From Utricularia gibba (Eukaryota > Plantae > Magnoliophyta): DNA of 64,000 bases. A model generated the notes under the pieces. That model had not been told where the DNA came from. It was given only the letters and a program-made list of their open reading frames with translations, and did no database searches. Shown in pieces: positions 25,801 to 37,914 of this stretch. The translations under genes and the position numbers were made by a program. Within the stretch, counting starts at the first letter, position 1. Every line of letters starts with the position of its first letter. The DNA is taken from assembly GCA_002189035.1 (NCBI GenBank), contig NEEC01000017.1, positions 1,178,001 through 1,242,000 of the forward strand, in the 5' to 3' direction.

Positions 25801-27596
25801 AATGCACCAAGAGTAAACTTTGGCTGGTGGACTTGGCTGGAAGTGAGAGGCTCGCCAAGACTGATGTGCAAGGTGACAGGCTCAAAGAAGCACAGAATAT
25901 AAATAGGTCACTTTCAGCTCTTGGAGATGTAATATCTGCTTTAGCGAATAAAAGCAGCCATATACCATACAGGTTTTGTTCATCATTGTCTTGTTCTGAC
26001 CTTCATTTATTTATTGATATAGACATGGAGCCTAATTATTATTTTTTTTTTCTAAATTCAGGAACTCCAAGCTAACGCACGTTCTTCAGGATTCTTTGGG
26101 TAAATAACATGACTGGGCTTTAGTCATCTCCTTGAGTATCTGTTAGCATCTTTAGTTCTGCCTGTGAATATTTTGCTGATTTTTTTGGGGTTGATAGGGG
26201 GTGACTCAAAAACTCTGATGTTTGTTCAAATTAGCCCCTCTGAACAAGACTTGAGTGAAACTTTGAGTTCTCTGAACTTTGCAACGCGAGTTAGAGGGGT
26301 AGAGTTGGGTCCTGTTCGAAGACAAGTTGACACGGGCGAGCTTCAAAAGATGAAAACAATGGTGAGCTAAAACGAAACCAAGTACTTCTTTTTCCGGATT
26401 CATGTTGAAGAAGTATCTGATTCTTTTTGCAGCTTGAGAAAGCAAAGCAGGAGTCCAGGTTGAAAGAAGAGTCACTGAAAAAGCTGGAAGACAACTTGCA
26501 TATCCTAGAAAACAAAAGCAAATCGAAGGATCAGAATTACAAGAGCCAACTTGATAGGATAAAAGAGCTTGAAAGCCAACTAGAGCTAAAGGCTTCCCTT
26601 CACTTGCAATTTGAGAAACAAGTTTCACTTCTTTCTGAGAGGCTGAAGCTCAAGGATGCCTCTTGTTCCCATCTTCAGCAAGAGGTAGGATACATACACA
26701 CGGACAGGAAGATTATTGACAATTTGTTAATGTATTATTTTGCTCTTTTCTCAAAGGTGATGGATTTACAGTCCAAGCTCAAGGATAGAGATGTACACTC
26801 GGCAGCATACCAGAATAAGGTTCTTTAGACAGTTTTTTTTTTTTTTTGTTTCTTTGTAAAACGAGAACAAATCACTGTGACTTGCGATTTTTCTCTTGCA
26901 GATAAATGACCTTGAAAAAGAGCTGAGAGAGCGAATTCGACAGTCCGAGTCCAGCTCTCTTGTCCTTCAACACAAGGTGCTTAACATTTGCAACAAACTG
27001 TCGTTCTGTAGTCACTTTGTTCTAACCTACCATCGTATTTTTCCAAGATTAACGAGCTTGAAGGGATGTTGAGAGAGCAGCAAAGGAACGTAGAGTTGAC
27101 TTCGCAGGTGACCCTTCTTTGTTTGAATCCTTGGACAATGCGAACTTCCAAATGTTGGTATTTTTATATTACTATCCCTTCGTTGAAGCAGTCAGGGACT
27201 AAAGAAGTGGAAGATAAAGTCCTGGAACATGGAAAACTTCCTGTTCCTGTAGTTGTCTCCGGCTCAGCAAACTGCTTAAGATCAAAACCACCGTTGTCGA
27301 GAGATGAGACGGCAGAGATAGCAGAGCATCGCATTTTGAGGAGTTTAAATTCAGCTCGCCGTGCGAGTCAGGGGCCTGCTCCACTGAATGAAAGTGAGTT
27401 CCAATCACGAAAGAAGAGATTATCAGGAACCACTGAGATTGAGAACAGTAAGTCTAGGCATTCTGATACTCTGAAGGCGGTCCCACGAGCTATGAACCCT
27501 GCACAGCGAGCTGCCATTAACCGTCTCAAAACAGCTAGAGACCCAGTGCAGGGAATCAAAGAGAAGGATAACAAGAAGAGGATGTGGTCAAGGTGA
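22863..27596 (+). CDS. Malectin-domain kinesin-14 (At2g22610/MDKIN-like), with three apparent -1 frameshifts
   Basis: N-terminal [12 protein letters not shown]; malectin exons (LFINAG...YQSARLGNF...VFNVY); coiled coils; motor motifs [27 protein letters not shown] and [10 protein letters not shown]; ends KKRMWSR*. Frame breaks at 23316-23319, 23967-23973 and 25073-25076; GC-AG intron 23412-23498. Confidence 0.93.
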
Positions 27597-27798
27597 GTAG
27601 TGCTGTTCTATAAGTTAGTCATCTTGTTTCCTCCCCAATTTCTGTGTTGGGCCATTTGAGTGATGTCAAGGAATTTTATGAACCAGTAAAGTGAAAAGTC
27701 AACTTCCTCAACAACGCACTAGAGAAATCACAGCACTGAAAATGCTAATGAAAATGTTCTCTTATTTCATAAATCATCACCGCGCAGCAGCACTGCTG

Positions 27799-29274
27799 TT
27801 ACTCTGACTTCAATGTGTTGGCAACGTCGATCACGAACCGGTACTTGACATCAGATTTCAGCAGGCGTTCCATTGCAGTGTTAACATAATCTATCGAGAT
27901 GACCTCCACGTCGGGCAGAATGTTGTTCTTTGCAGCAAAATCAATCATCTCTTGAGTCTCCTTCAGTCCTCCAATTGCACTGCCTACGACTGCCTTCCTC
28001 CCTGTCATTCATTCACTAGGAAAGCTTAGTGTACTTGTTTTGAGCACTCGATTAAAAAGTTTATATAAAGACAGATTCATATACCCATGATTATCGGAAA
28101 GACTGGAAGTTCAAGGGGCTTCTCAGGGGCACCGACCATGATAAGGTGTCCATGAGGCTTCAGCAAACTCAATAATGGCACAAGGGGGTGAGTTGCGGAT
28201 ACAGTATCTATGATACCATCTAAAGTTCCTGCAGCAGCCTAGTAAATTTCACAAAAATTAAACCGTGCTATGATTTTCTGGGTCATTAACTATAAAGGTT
28301 CAGTTCAACTCACCTGCATCTGCGCAGGGTCCTTGCTAACCAGGAACTCATCCGCACCAAGATTCTCAATAGCTTCTTTCTTCTTGCTCAAAGATGTACT
28401 GATCACAGTCACCTTAGCCCCAAATGCCTTCGCAAACTTAACAGCCACATGGCCGAGCCCACCAAGACCGACTACTCCGACGTTCTTACCAGGCTTGTCC
28501 AGATTAAAGTACCTCAAGGGGCTATAAGTTGTGATCCCAGCACACAGCAGAGGAGCACCGAGAAGTGAAAAGTTCTCGGGCCAACGAATAATGAAATGCT
28601 CATCAGCAACCATGAGGCCGGAGTAACCACCATAAGTAATAGTTCCATCAAGGTACGGCATCCCATAAGTAAGTATCTGTTTGGCGCAGTAGTTTTCTAA
28701 ATCACTCGTACATTGGTCGCATTGGCGGCAAGATCCAACCAAGCATCCAACGCCTACTTTATCACCAACCTTAACTTTCTCAACTTTACTACCCACTTCA
28801 GTCACAATACCAACAATCTCGTGACTGCATCACACAGAAAGAAACAAAAATTGATTATTAAAGGACCCTTTTCAGATCTATAAAATAGAGTATGTTTGGA
28901 TGCAGATCTGTCAGGCAAGCACATGAATCTACAAGATCCCGACAAAAAAGTAGAAAATCATAAAAAAAGAAAACAATCTTACCCAGGAACAATTGGATAA
29001 AAGGTGAAGCCCCATTCATTCTTGATCATGTGGAGATCTGAATGACAAATGCCACAATAAATCACCTTGAACTGAACATCTTTCTCTCCGGTAGCCCTGC
29101 ATCGCCCCAAAAAAAAAAAAAACACATATCATTCAAGCGAAACCATCATAACCCATTTTAGCATCAAAACGATTGATGGTGTTACCTTCTTGCAAAACTG
29201 AAAGGAGAAAGAACCCCAGAAGTGTCTCTTGCAGCCCATCCAACTGTCTTAACAGGGTGCTCTGGTTGCGCCAT
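27799..29274 (-). CDS. CAD: Cinnamyl-alcohol-dehydrogenase-family (ELI3 class) MDR, 8-hydroxygeraniol/geraniol dehydrogenase-like, 5 exons
   Basis: [17 protein letters not shown]; catalytic-Zn motifs CGICHSD, GHE and LLCAG; structural Zn CRQCDQC....LENYC; GLGGLG; ends [13 protein letters not shown]. Confidence 0.95.
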
Positions 29275-30165
29275 TCTCAGACTCGGACTACGTAGATCAC
29301 AAAGCAATCACGTCGTTGCTCTAATCACCCCCTTTATAGCTAGCGACGGAGCCCGTAAATGCCATCCATCAACTCTTCTGGTGGGCATTAATCGCGTAAG
29401 CAGTGACAAGCGCCGATCTTTCTAGAAGCGTACATCATCTTGCTTTGCTTCGGCCCACCGGCGTTTGAATTTGAAGTTAAACCTACCTACTTCAGCACTT
29501 TCGTCATCAGGAGAGACTATTTGATGCCGACCACAACTTCAGTCTGCTGTCTGTTTGATCTGATTGGCGGGATTAATATAAAAATAATAATTTATTCTAA
29601 GTGCTGATACAAATAATGTAAAAACATTAATTCTTTAATATTTAAGGGGAGAAAATTAAACATTAAAAATAAAACATATAATTTAATATCTTCATTTTTA
29701 ATTCATTTAATCCGAGGGATTGACTGATTACGCCACTTACGTAACCGCTCCGGCGGCGGCGTGAATGTCCGGGCAACGGTGCTTTCTTAGCCAACCGGCT
29801 CTAGGTTGCATTTTCGATCACAGATTAACCGTGTCGATCGCATGTTTGGGGAAACTGAGAGCAGGTAGTTCTAAGCAACTAGAAAATTTTCAGCTTTGTT
29901 CGCACTGTCTCAGTATGTTGCTTTGCGTAAATTTTCAGAGTTGAAAATGGAGGTTCTTGCTTATGCTGAAATCTTTCCACTCTTCGATTCTCACGCGGGT
30001 GAAATGTGAGGTATTGTATTAAGTTGGAACAGGCCTTCACTTGGCGTAGGTGCACTGATGATATTTCTTTTGATTGTTGGAATTTGGAATAGGCATTGTG
30101 ATAATTGAAACCTCTTTGCATCTAGCACGTGGGAATCGGCATCTGAGAGATGGTTATGTGTTAAG

Positions 30166-32700
30166 ATGCCTCAGATCCTCTTGATTTAATCCTGCAACTG
30201 AAGGCCCGCAGCAGGCAAGCTAGTCCCTGGCTATCCTAGGGTCCCTTCCCTACCATCTATTTCTTCCATCAAAGGTGTATCCGACACCTCTCCATAGGAT
30301 ACTCGTTGCAAAAATAGTAAGGGAAGACTCCTGAGAGAAGCGAGATCCACCTTATGCTTATGTTGTGGTATAGACCTGATGATGACTTAGTTCATGGTTT
30401 TCTTCAACCACTGGTTATCAGTGGTTGCTTCATGCACTGAAGCTCAAAGGAACGATATGCTTTTAGGTCTTCTGCCTAGTTCCTGTATTTTCTGGAATTT
30501 GGGTTACTCTTTTTTTAATCATATAATATAACAGCGTTAGAGAGTTTGCTCACTTCTAATGCTTTTTATGGTTATAATTTTCTGTATTTTAATGTTTGCG
30601 ACGAATGTTGAGAGATGGATTCTGTGTTTTAACTCTTTGAGATAATCAAATCAATCTTTCAGGAAATGGTTGAAGGGGACAAAATATGATCAAGATGAAG
30701 GTCAGAGCGCAAGGAAATCCTGCAAATCTTTATGTGATTTCTCAAATCTCAAGATTCCATGGCGTGCATCTGGATTTTCACTAGGTATTAGATCTTCTGA
30801 AAATCAACTATCAGAGAATGAGGAACCTTTAACCATAAATGTAGTAGATGCTAAAACGTCCTATTTGGAATCTTAGAGTACTGTGTTGTTGCTTACAGCC
30901 GTCGAATAGGACATAGTGGATGGACAAGATTTTTTCCGTTCCTTCAGGGCCTGTAAAAAATTGCAATCTAATACATCTCAAAGGTTATCTACATGGAAGG
31001 CCAGTTGACTTGTTGAAGAATGGAAGCAAATCAATCTGACAATTCTGAAAGCAGTCATGGAAAGGACAAGCCATTTAATCCTTTCCCAAGCGCCTCAGAT
31101 AGATTTGAGGATATATTTCTCAAGTCTGTAAAATGTAATGGATACAGAAACTTAGATGTTGATCTGGGTTCGCATATTGATCTGTTTTTGGATACAGGGA
31201 TGTGAATGACGGGAAACAAACCATAGCTTTGGGTTTTCTACAGAAATGAATTTCTGAAACACGGATGACTGGCAGAATCTGAAGTTGAATGCAGCAAACA
31301 CTGATTGTGATTTTGATCATTTCAGCCGTGTTAACTTTGGCAAGAAGGATGATCATGCCCTTGATAATTTTAAGGATGTTTCCTCAAGTGCTGATTTGTT
31401 GATATCTTTTAAGTATTTTTTTTTTCACCTGCTGATTTGTTTCTAGTTTCAGAAGATCTGCAGAATCTGCGACCAAATTTATCAAACATTGATGTTGGTT
31501 TTGATGCTTTGGTCAGTAGCAATGATGACCAGAAGGACTATATCTTGGATGATTCTCAGGATTCTTCTTCAAATGCTGACTTGTTTCCTGGTTTCAATAT
31601 GACACCCAATATCAAACGCTAATGGTTTGCATTTCTCAGCAGAATCCATTTAGACAAGAAGCGTCGTGCGTTGTATATTGTCAAGGTTTTTTCTCAAGTC
31701 GTGATTTGTTTCAAGGTTCAGATAATTTCCAGAATCTGAGCCCAAACGCGAACGGTGGATATGCTTTTGTTGATTTCCTCAGTGAGAGCCAGGGCAAGAA
31801 GGATGACCCTGCCTCGAATAATTCCAAGGGCTTTTCTTCAAATTCTGATATCCTTCCACGTTCAGATGCTTGGTAGAATCTGGATACAAATGTAGCATGC
31901 AGTGATAATGGTTTTGATGCTTGTCTCAGTGGAAGCCATTACCAGAGGGATGAGCATACGCCTTGATAAATAAAAACAATTTTTCAAGTGCCGATCTGTT
32001 CCCTGGTTCAATTTTTTAAGGCCAACTGGTTCTGATTCCGAAAACAAGCATGGTGATGATATTTCATTTGGTCACCTTCCCAGCATCTGCGGTGAGGTGG
32101 GTGATGAGTTCTTCAAGTCTCAAAAATATTTGGTGGGGCTCCAAACTTGGAAAATTGTTCTTTATCCGCATGGTGATTTAGGAATTGGAAATCCAATCAA
32201 CCAAGCCACCATGCCTACAACATTTCATGATGTTTGGAAGAATTTGAGTCCCATATCCAAAACCGTGGTCCTGCTTCTGATGGCAGCACGACGGATAGTC
32301 ACAGGAGTGATCATTGGTTCTACCCACTGCTGATTCCTTCCATACCCCCGAACATAGGCAACTGACATCGCATACTTAAAGACCCATCATTCAACAGATG
32401 AATGGAGCGGTTTTGTGGGATGGACCAGGTTAGGAGATCCTCCAAAAGCTGCCCCAAGTGAAAACAAGGATTGTGATGATACATCATCTGACCATCTTCC
32501 CAAGTGCCCACTCTTTTTCTGACTTCAAAACCCAATCAACCGTCACTGCCAATTCTGATAAGAAGCATCAAGAGCAGACAATGGATGATGAAACTGATTA
32601 ATGGGATGATTTCATAGGGCCAATCATCTAGCCAGAGGCGTTACTTCCTACCAAAATGCTTGGGAATGAATTATGAAGTTTCAACCTCGGATGAGGACGT
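30166..32700 (+). pseudogene. Pseudogene of the At4g20720/At1g05090 'dentin sialophosphoprotein-related' family
   Basis: Collinear fragments in shifting frames: MPQI.LDLILQLK, SLPS...SP*.RCKNSKGRLLR...CLCCG, FSSTTGYQWLLHAL, EMVE, LCDFSNLKIPW and VDLGSHID. In-frame TAG at 30295-30297; donor reads AT instead of GT at 30455; many further stops. The 3' boundary is approximate. Confidence 0.72.
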
Positions 32701-32974
32701 CTGAAACTTCCCTACCTCAAGTCTTTTGTGTATGCGTTTCTTGCAGTCTGAACTATCCAGTTTCCTATCAAATTCTTCCGCAAGTTCTGAATACCAGAAC
32801 CCATCTCCATACATATGCTGTGTGCTGGTGATTTACTGTTGCAAAAAAAAAACAGTGCTTTATGCATTTCGCTAATACACAACATTCAAACAGGCCTGAG
32901 TTATACAATAAAAAGAAAAAAATGAATCATCTTCTTGATGACGAAGAAGGTATACATCCGCAAGAGAACAACCA

Positions 32975-35900
32975 TCAAGATGAGGCCTGGATGCGTGTAT
33001 GACCTGAACCAAATCTATTTACAAGAAGGGATTGTAGTTTAGCAATTTGTTGCCAGAGAGGATGATGTTTCCAAGACCACGATGGCTCATTCAACGCTCG
33101 GATTGAATTCAAACAAACCAGAAGAGTTCCACCTTCATGAAGAAGAACCTACACCATAAAAAATACCAATTATAACCACCCCTCCATGTCTCATCTCTGA
33201 GTTCTAGCTCAAAACTGTAAAATCGAATTGAGGAGAGAATACATTCTAATACATGGTCTCAGGAGTTTTTTTTTTCTTTTGAATTACCGTGAGCCATAGT
33301 GGTAGAAACCCAAGAACCGATGTAAGGGAGGCGAAGACGATGCTAGACAGTGCCAATGCAACATTCTGCTTGACCTGCAGGTGCACATCAAACTTAAGAC
33401 AACTGACATGGGAAGACAAGAAATGTAAGCAGCATTTAGGCGGGGGAGAACCAGTGATGTGGTTTGACGAGATTTTGCTATGCAGAATGGAACTCCTGAA
33501 ATGTCGTCTTGCAACAGAAGCACATCAGCAACACCTATTGCAGTTGCACTAGCACGCTCAGCAAGAACGATGCCCACAGTTGCAGCAGCCAATGCCGGGG
33601 CATCATTAATTCCATCCCCCACCATTATAAGACCACCACCTGCACATTTACATCAAGCCAACAACAAGACACTCTAACATACGTTCACACTAAATCTAAG
33701 GAGCTGAGATGCTATTGAAAGGACACAACGACCTGTGTCTCTTGAAATGCGTGTCACATGAAACAGCTTGTCCTCAGGCTTCAGACTGCAGTAAACTTCT
33801 TTGATACCCACTGCATTTGCAACACGCCATGCACTTGATTCATGGTCACCGGTTAACATCATTACACTAAGTTTGGCATCATCTTGTAATGACTTTACGA
33901 CATCTAGTGAGCCTTCCCGTGGCTTATCTTCGAAATGAAATAGAGTTACCTATAAAACCGAAGGAAGGAGAACACTGCTTTGTGACATTGCCTACTCGTA
34001 CATTTTAACACTTGATCGAGTATTCATACGGAAGTATTTGGAAAATCATCAACCACTCACCTTATGGTCAACTGAGAGTGCAGCATGTACGAAATCACCT
34101 CCATAAGAAGAGGAATTCAGAGCATCTTTGATCTTTTTTGATTCATTTTCTGATGTAAAGAGAGAAGCAATATACTCTAGGGATCCAATGGAAGCTTGCA
34201 AAGGTTTATGGTCTCCAAGTCCTGGCTATAGAACACAAAAGGAAAGCGCACATTCTTCAGCATTTACAAAGAAATAGGCACCGTGAACTATTAGTTAGAA
34301 TATCATCTGCAAACTTCCTGGAAGAATAACTCCAGTACCTGACTTTTGGATATGGTTGCAAAAAGTCCTCTGCCAGGCAGATTCTCAAAACTTTCAACAG
34401 AAACTGGAGGCAAATCCTTTCCAACACTATGATCTACTACAGCTCTGCATCATCATAGAGACTAAGATCAAGAAATAATAAGGCACGCAGCCCAGATGCT
34501 TTGTAAGTATGACCTAGAAATAATTAAATTGGATTGACCATAGGTGTACTCAGATGTACCTTCCAATTGGATGAGTAGTCCCCTTTTCCAATGCAGCAGC
34601 CACAGCAAGTGCTTCTTTCTCGCAGTTGGGTACACAACACGAAACTACTTGTTTCTCATTATTGATTGCATGCCCATGTATTGGTTCAATTGCCTTGCAG
34701 ATGAACTCTCCAGTTGTCAATGTGCCCGTTTTATCGAATGCAATATTCTGACATGAAGCTAAGGCATCCAGGACATTGCCACCCTTAAGCAAGATTCCCT
34801 GTTAAAAGGATGGTTGGAATATGTGTCTTAGCGAGTCAAGAAAGCAGATGGGGATTTCAGTCTCTCTCTCTCTCTTTTTTTTTTTTTTTCACACATCTCT
34901 ATCAAGAAAATGATATAGATCTAAACATTGTCTGACAGCAAGGCTACTTAAAAATACAAGCTCCAGAGGAGGTGAGCTCAGAAAATGTACAGGAAAACAT
35001 TACTTAATATTAGGGGATTATGCACCAGTTCACTGTAATACCTTCTTAGCACAAGCGCTAACTGCAGTTGCATACACTAATGGGGCCACTGCCAACGCAC
35101 AGGGTGAGGCAGCAACCATAAGACCCAAGGCCCTGTAGATTGATCCTCTGCAAACTGATGAACAACATCAAAAATTAACTCAATATTCATCTAGTAAATC
35201 GGGAAGGGCCTAACTAAAAGTAAAAAAAGATTTCAAACTTGATCCAAAAGTTATCAAACAATCCCCATTTCTGGTCATAATTTCTTTTTGGTGTTATGAC
35301 TGAAATACACAGCATAAAAAATACATAATACAAACTAAATTTCGGTATACCTGATGTACTTAGATATGGCCATTTAAAAAGGAAAGGCCCCAACAGTGCA
35401 ATAGCAACCGATAAGGTAATCACTGCTCTGCTGTACTGCTCCCCAAACTTATCTAGCCATCTTTGAAGCTTAGGTTTACTTTGCTGTGCTTCTTCAGTCA
35501 ACTGCACGATTCTGCTCAGCATTGATTCGCTCCATGTCTTTTTTGTCTAAATTAAGCACACCATTTCAGAAAATATCACTCCAAAAGTTTCAGAAGGGAA
35601 CAAACGACAAGAACTAAGTCTCTTTTCTTTGAACTCCTGTATAAGAGGATTTTCCAGAAAATCTACGAAGGAAAACTGAAATAATTCAAAATGTTTCAGG
35701 CTACAGCTTCTTCAGATGGATGATAATCATATCATGATCGACTAGTGCATTATTCTACATGGTGATCTCACATAATACAGGCGTACTTACTACATTTTGG
35801 AAGTAAGATATAATCTGACAACATCAATAGATAACCTTTACAATCATCATCCCATCCAAGTTACGCGCTCCACCAGGAATACTGTCACCAATTTTCCTGT

Positions 35901-37036
35901 CAAGAGGCTTCACTTCCCCCGTCAAGTGCTCTATGGTAATTGTCGATCTACCTAGTACTACTTTGCAGTCCACTGGTACTGACTGCATGAATATTCTCCA
36001 AATTAAAGTAACATCAAAGTAAAATGAATACATGGTATAAAGGGGCTTCTAACATAAGCATTCAAAACAAAAAATTCAGGAAGATTAGCGGATATAGGCA
36101 GCAAAGATAAACCATTTAATGAAGTACGGACCTCACCAGCTTTGACCAGTATGTAACATCCGACTTCTAACTTATTCACCGGAACCTCTTCGTACTTCAT
36201 GTCACTAAAATTTGGAGGCTTTCCACTCTCTGTCTCCAGGACAAGTGCGAATTCCGGATAATTCTCTTTCAATTCCTTGACATCAATTCTAGACCTGCTG
36301 GTAAAATAGTCCTCAGCGATATGAGCCAAATTAAACATGGCCAAAAGCAGTCCACCTTCCAAGGAGTTTCCCATAAATACAGAGGCAAATGCTGCCAAAG
36401 CCATGAGTACATGGATATTGATTTTGCCTCCAAGAATTTCCATGATGGCATCAAATGATGCTGATATCTGCATTTCAAGGAAACATAATGAAGCAAAGAA
36501 TTAAAAAGGAGTAAAAAAGGTTAAGTAGCTGTTAAATAGCAAGATACCCCAACAAGCGGGAAAGCAATGAGAGCGCAGGCTAGCTTAAAGGGCTTAATGG
36601 CGGGTTTGGGAACCAAGTATGAAGAAGCCGCGGCAGCTAAAAGCAGAGCCGCTGCACAGCAACAGAGCTCAAAATGATTCCTCAAAAAGTTCGCCATGTC
36701 AGTCCACTTGAAGAACCTCGCAATGCTCAGAAAAGATTGCTGGGATTTGGTCAAGGGAGCATCATAATGGTGGTGATGGTGGTGATGGTCATGATTCTGA
36801 CCATGATGATGATGATCCCCATGAATCGCATCGTGATGATGGACGTGGCTGTCTAGAGTGGCGTTATTGGCATGGTGCTCGGTGGAGCATCTGACGGCGA
36901 TGCGCAAGTTGGAAGGCGCCGAGCAGCCGGAGATTGAGATTCTGGGTTTTGTTGGGTAAGACAAGTTATGGCTGATTTTGAGCTTCAGCCTTGTGATTTT
37001 GTTGATGGGGGTGAATTTCAGACGGAGCGACTCCAT
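32975..37036 (-). CDS. HMA1: Chloroplast P1B-type heavy-metal ATPase HMA1
   Basis: Transit-peptide-like N-terminus followed by a His-rich stretch; HMA1-diagnostic SPC (VAASPCALAVAP); DKTGTLT, GDGINDAPALA and LLHEGGT; stop 32975-32977. Confidence 0.96.
34861..34889. repeat. (TC)n microsatellite followed by poly-T, inside an HMA1 intron
   Basis: tctctctctctctc followed by a ~15-nt T run. Confidence 0.8.
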
Positions 37037-37914
37037 CACTGAGTCCGAGGGGAAGAAGAGAAGCAAATGCGAAGAATTGCCAGATCCTTCAGACCAAAAG
37101 TATCTAGGAAACAAGTGGTTACGGTTCACCAATTTGGGAATACAGACCCCATCTGTTTTTCCCCCCTTCAAACAGAACACTTCATTTTCCGGCCGACCGT
37201 TTAGAATCCATGAGACAGTAAATTTTTATTCTTTTGGGTTAAGAAACCCATTCACAGAGATCGCAAATCACTATGAATTGAATAATGACGCCCATTCATC
37301 CCTGCCAAGTCGGTATTCCGGCCCATCAATTTTCCAATTCTGCGATATCAGATCAGGGAAGCTCAACAGCAATGAACTGCAGCAAGATTTGATCTTGTTG
37401 ATGATCCCACCCTAATTGTACGTGCGGTGGCGAAGGTGGGTGGGATTATATAGAGGAGCAGACTGATTGAAGCATCACGGGACGACGGATTTGGAGAACT
37501 CCCGCCGCAGCCGTCATCGGTATTTTTTGTACGCCGGCGTGCTTTGCTCGTCGACGGCCTTAATTGGGCTTAGTCTGGTTGAAGGTTGCACTAGCGCTAT
37601 CACTTGTACCCAGCATGTGATTTGTGACCTGCCTGATTCAAGGAAAAGAATCCAGGATTCCTCCATTTGGCACACGAAAATCATCATCATCTTTCCTTCT
37701 CTGTACAAACAAATTTGCGCACTGTCACTAAAAAAAAGAGATAACACATTGCTCATCATCTCTTGTTGAGAGCCGACTCGAAAATATACACTTGTAGATG
37801 CACTGCACTGGAGAATCAGTAAACAGAGACATAATGCTTCTCTACGTAGCATTGAGTGATACAGAGGCATCATACCAGGGAATCCTAAAATGCCTTTGGA
37901 TTGCACACAAGTTG

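Noticed and set aside
29726-29764. Second APAA-like ending (DYATYVTAPAAA*)
   Set aside because: An in-frame TAA lies a few codons upstream with no ATG and there is no Asp tract, so it is not an IMA gene.
37403-37530. USE-like ATCCCAC plus TATA plus T6, suggesting an snRNA-type gene
   Set aside because: Only 7/11 of the USE consensus matches, and the downstream sequence matches no U1/U2/U4/U5/U6/U3/U11/U12/7SL/MRP start that I recognise.
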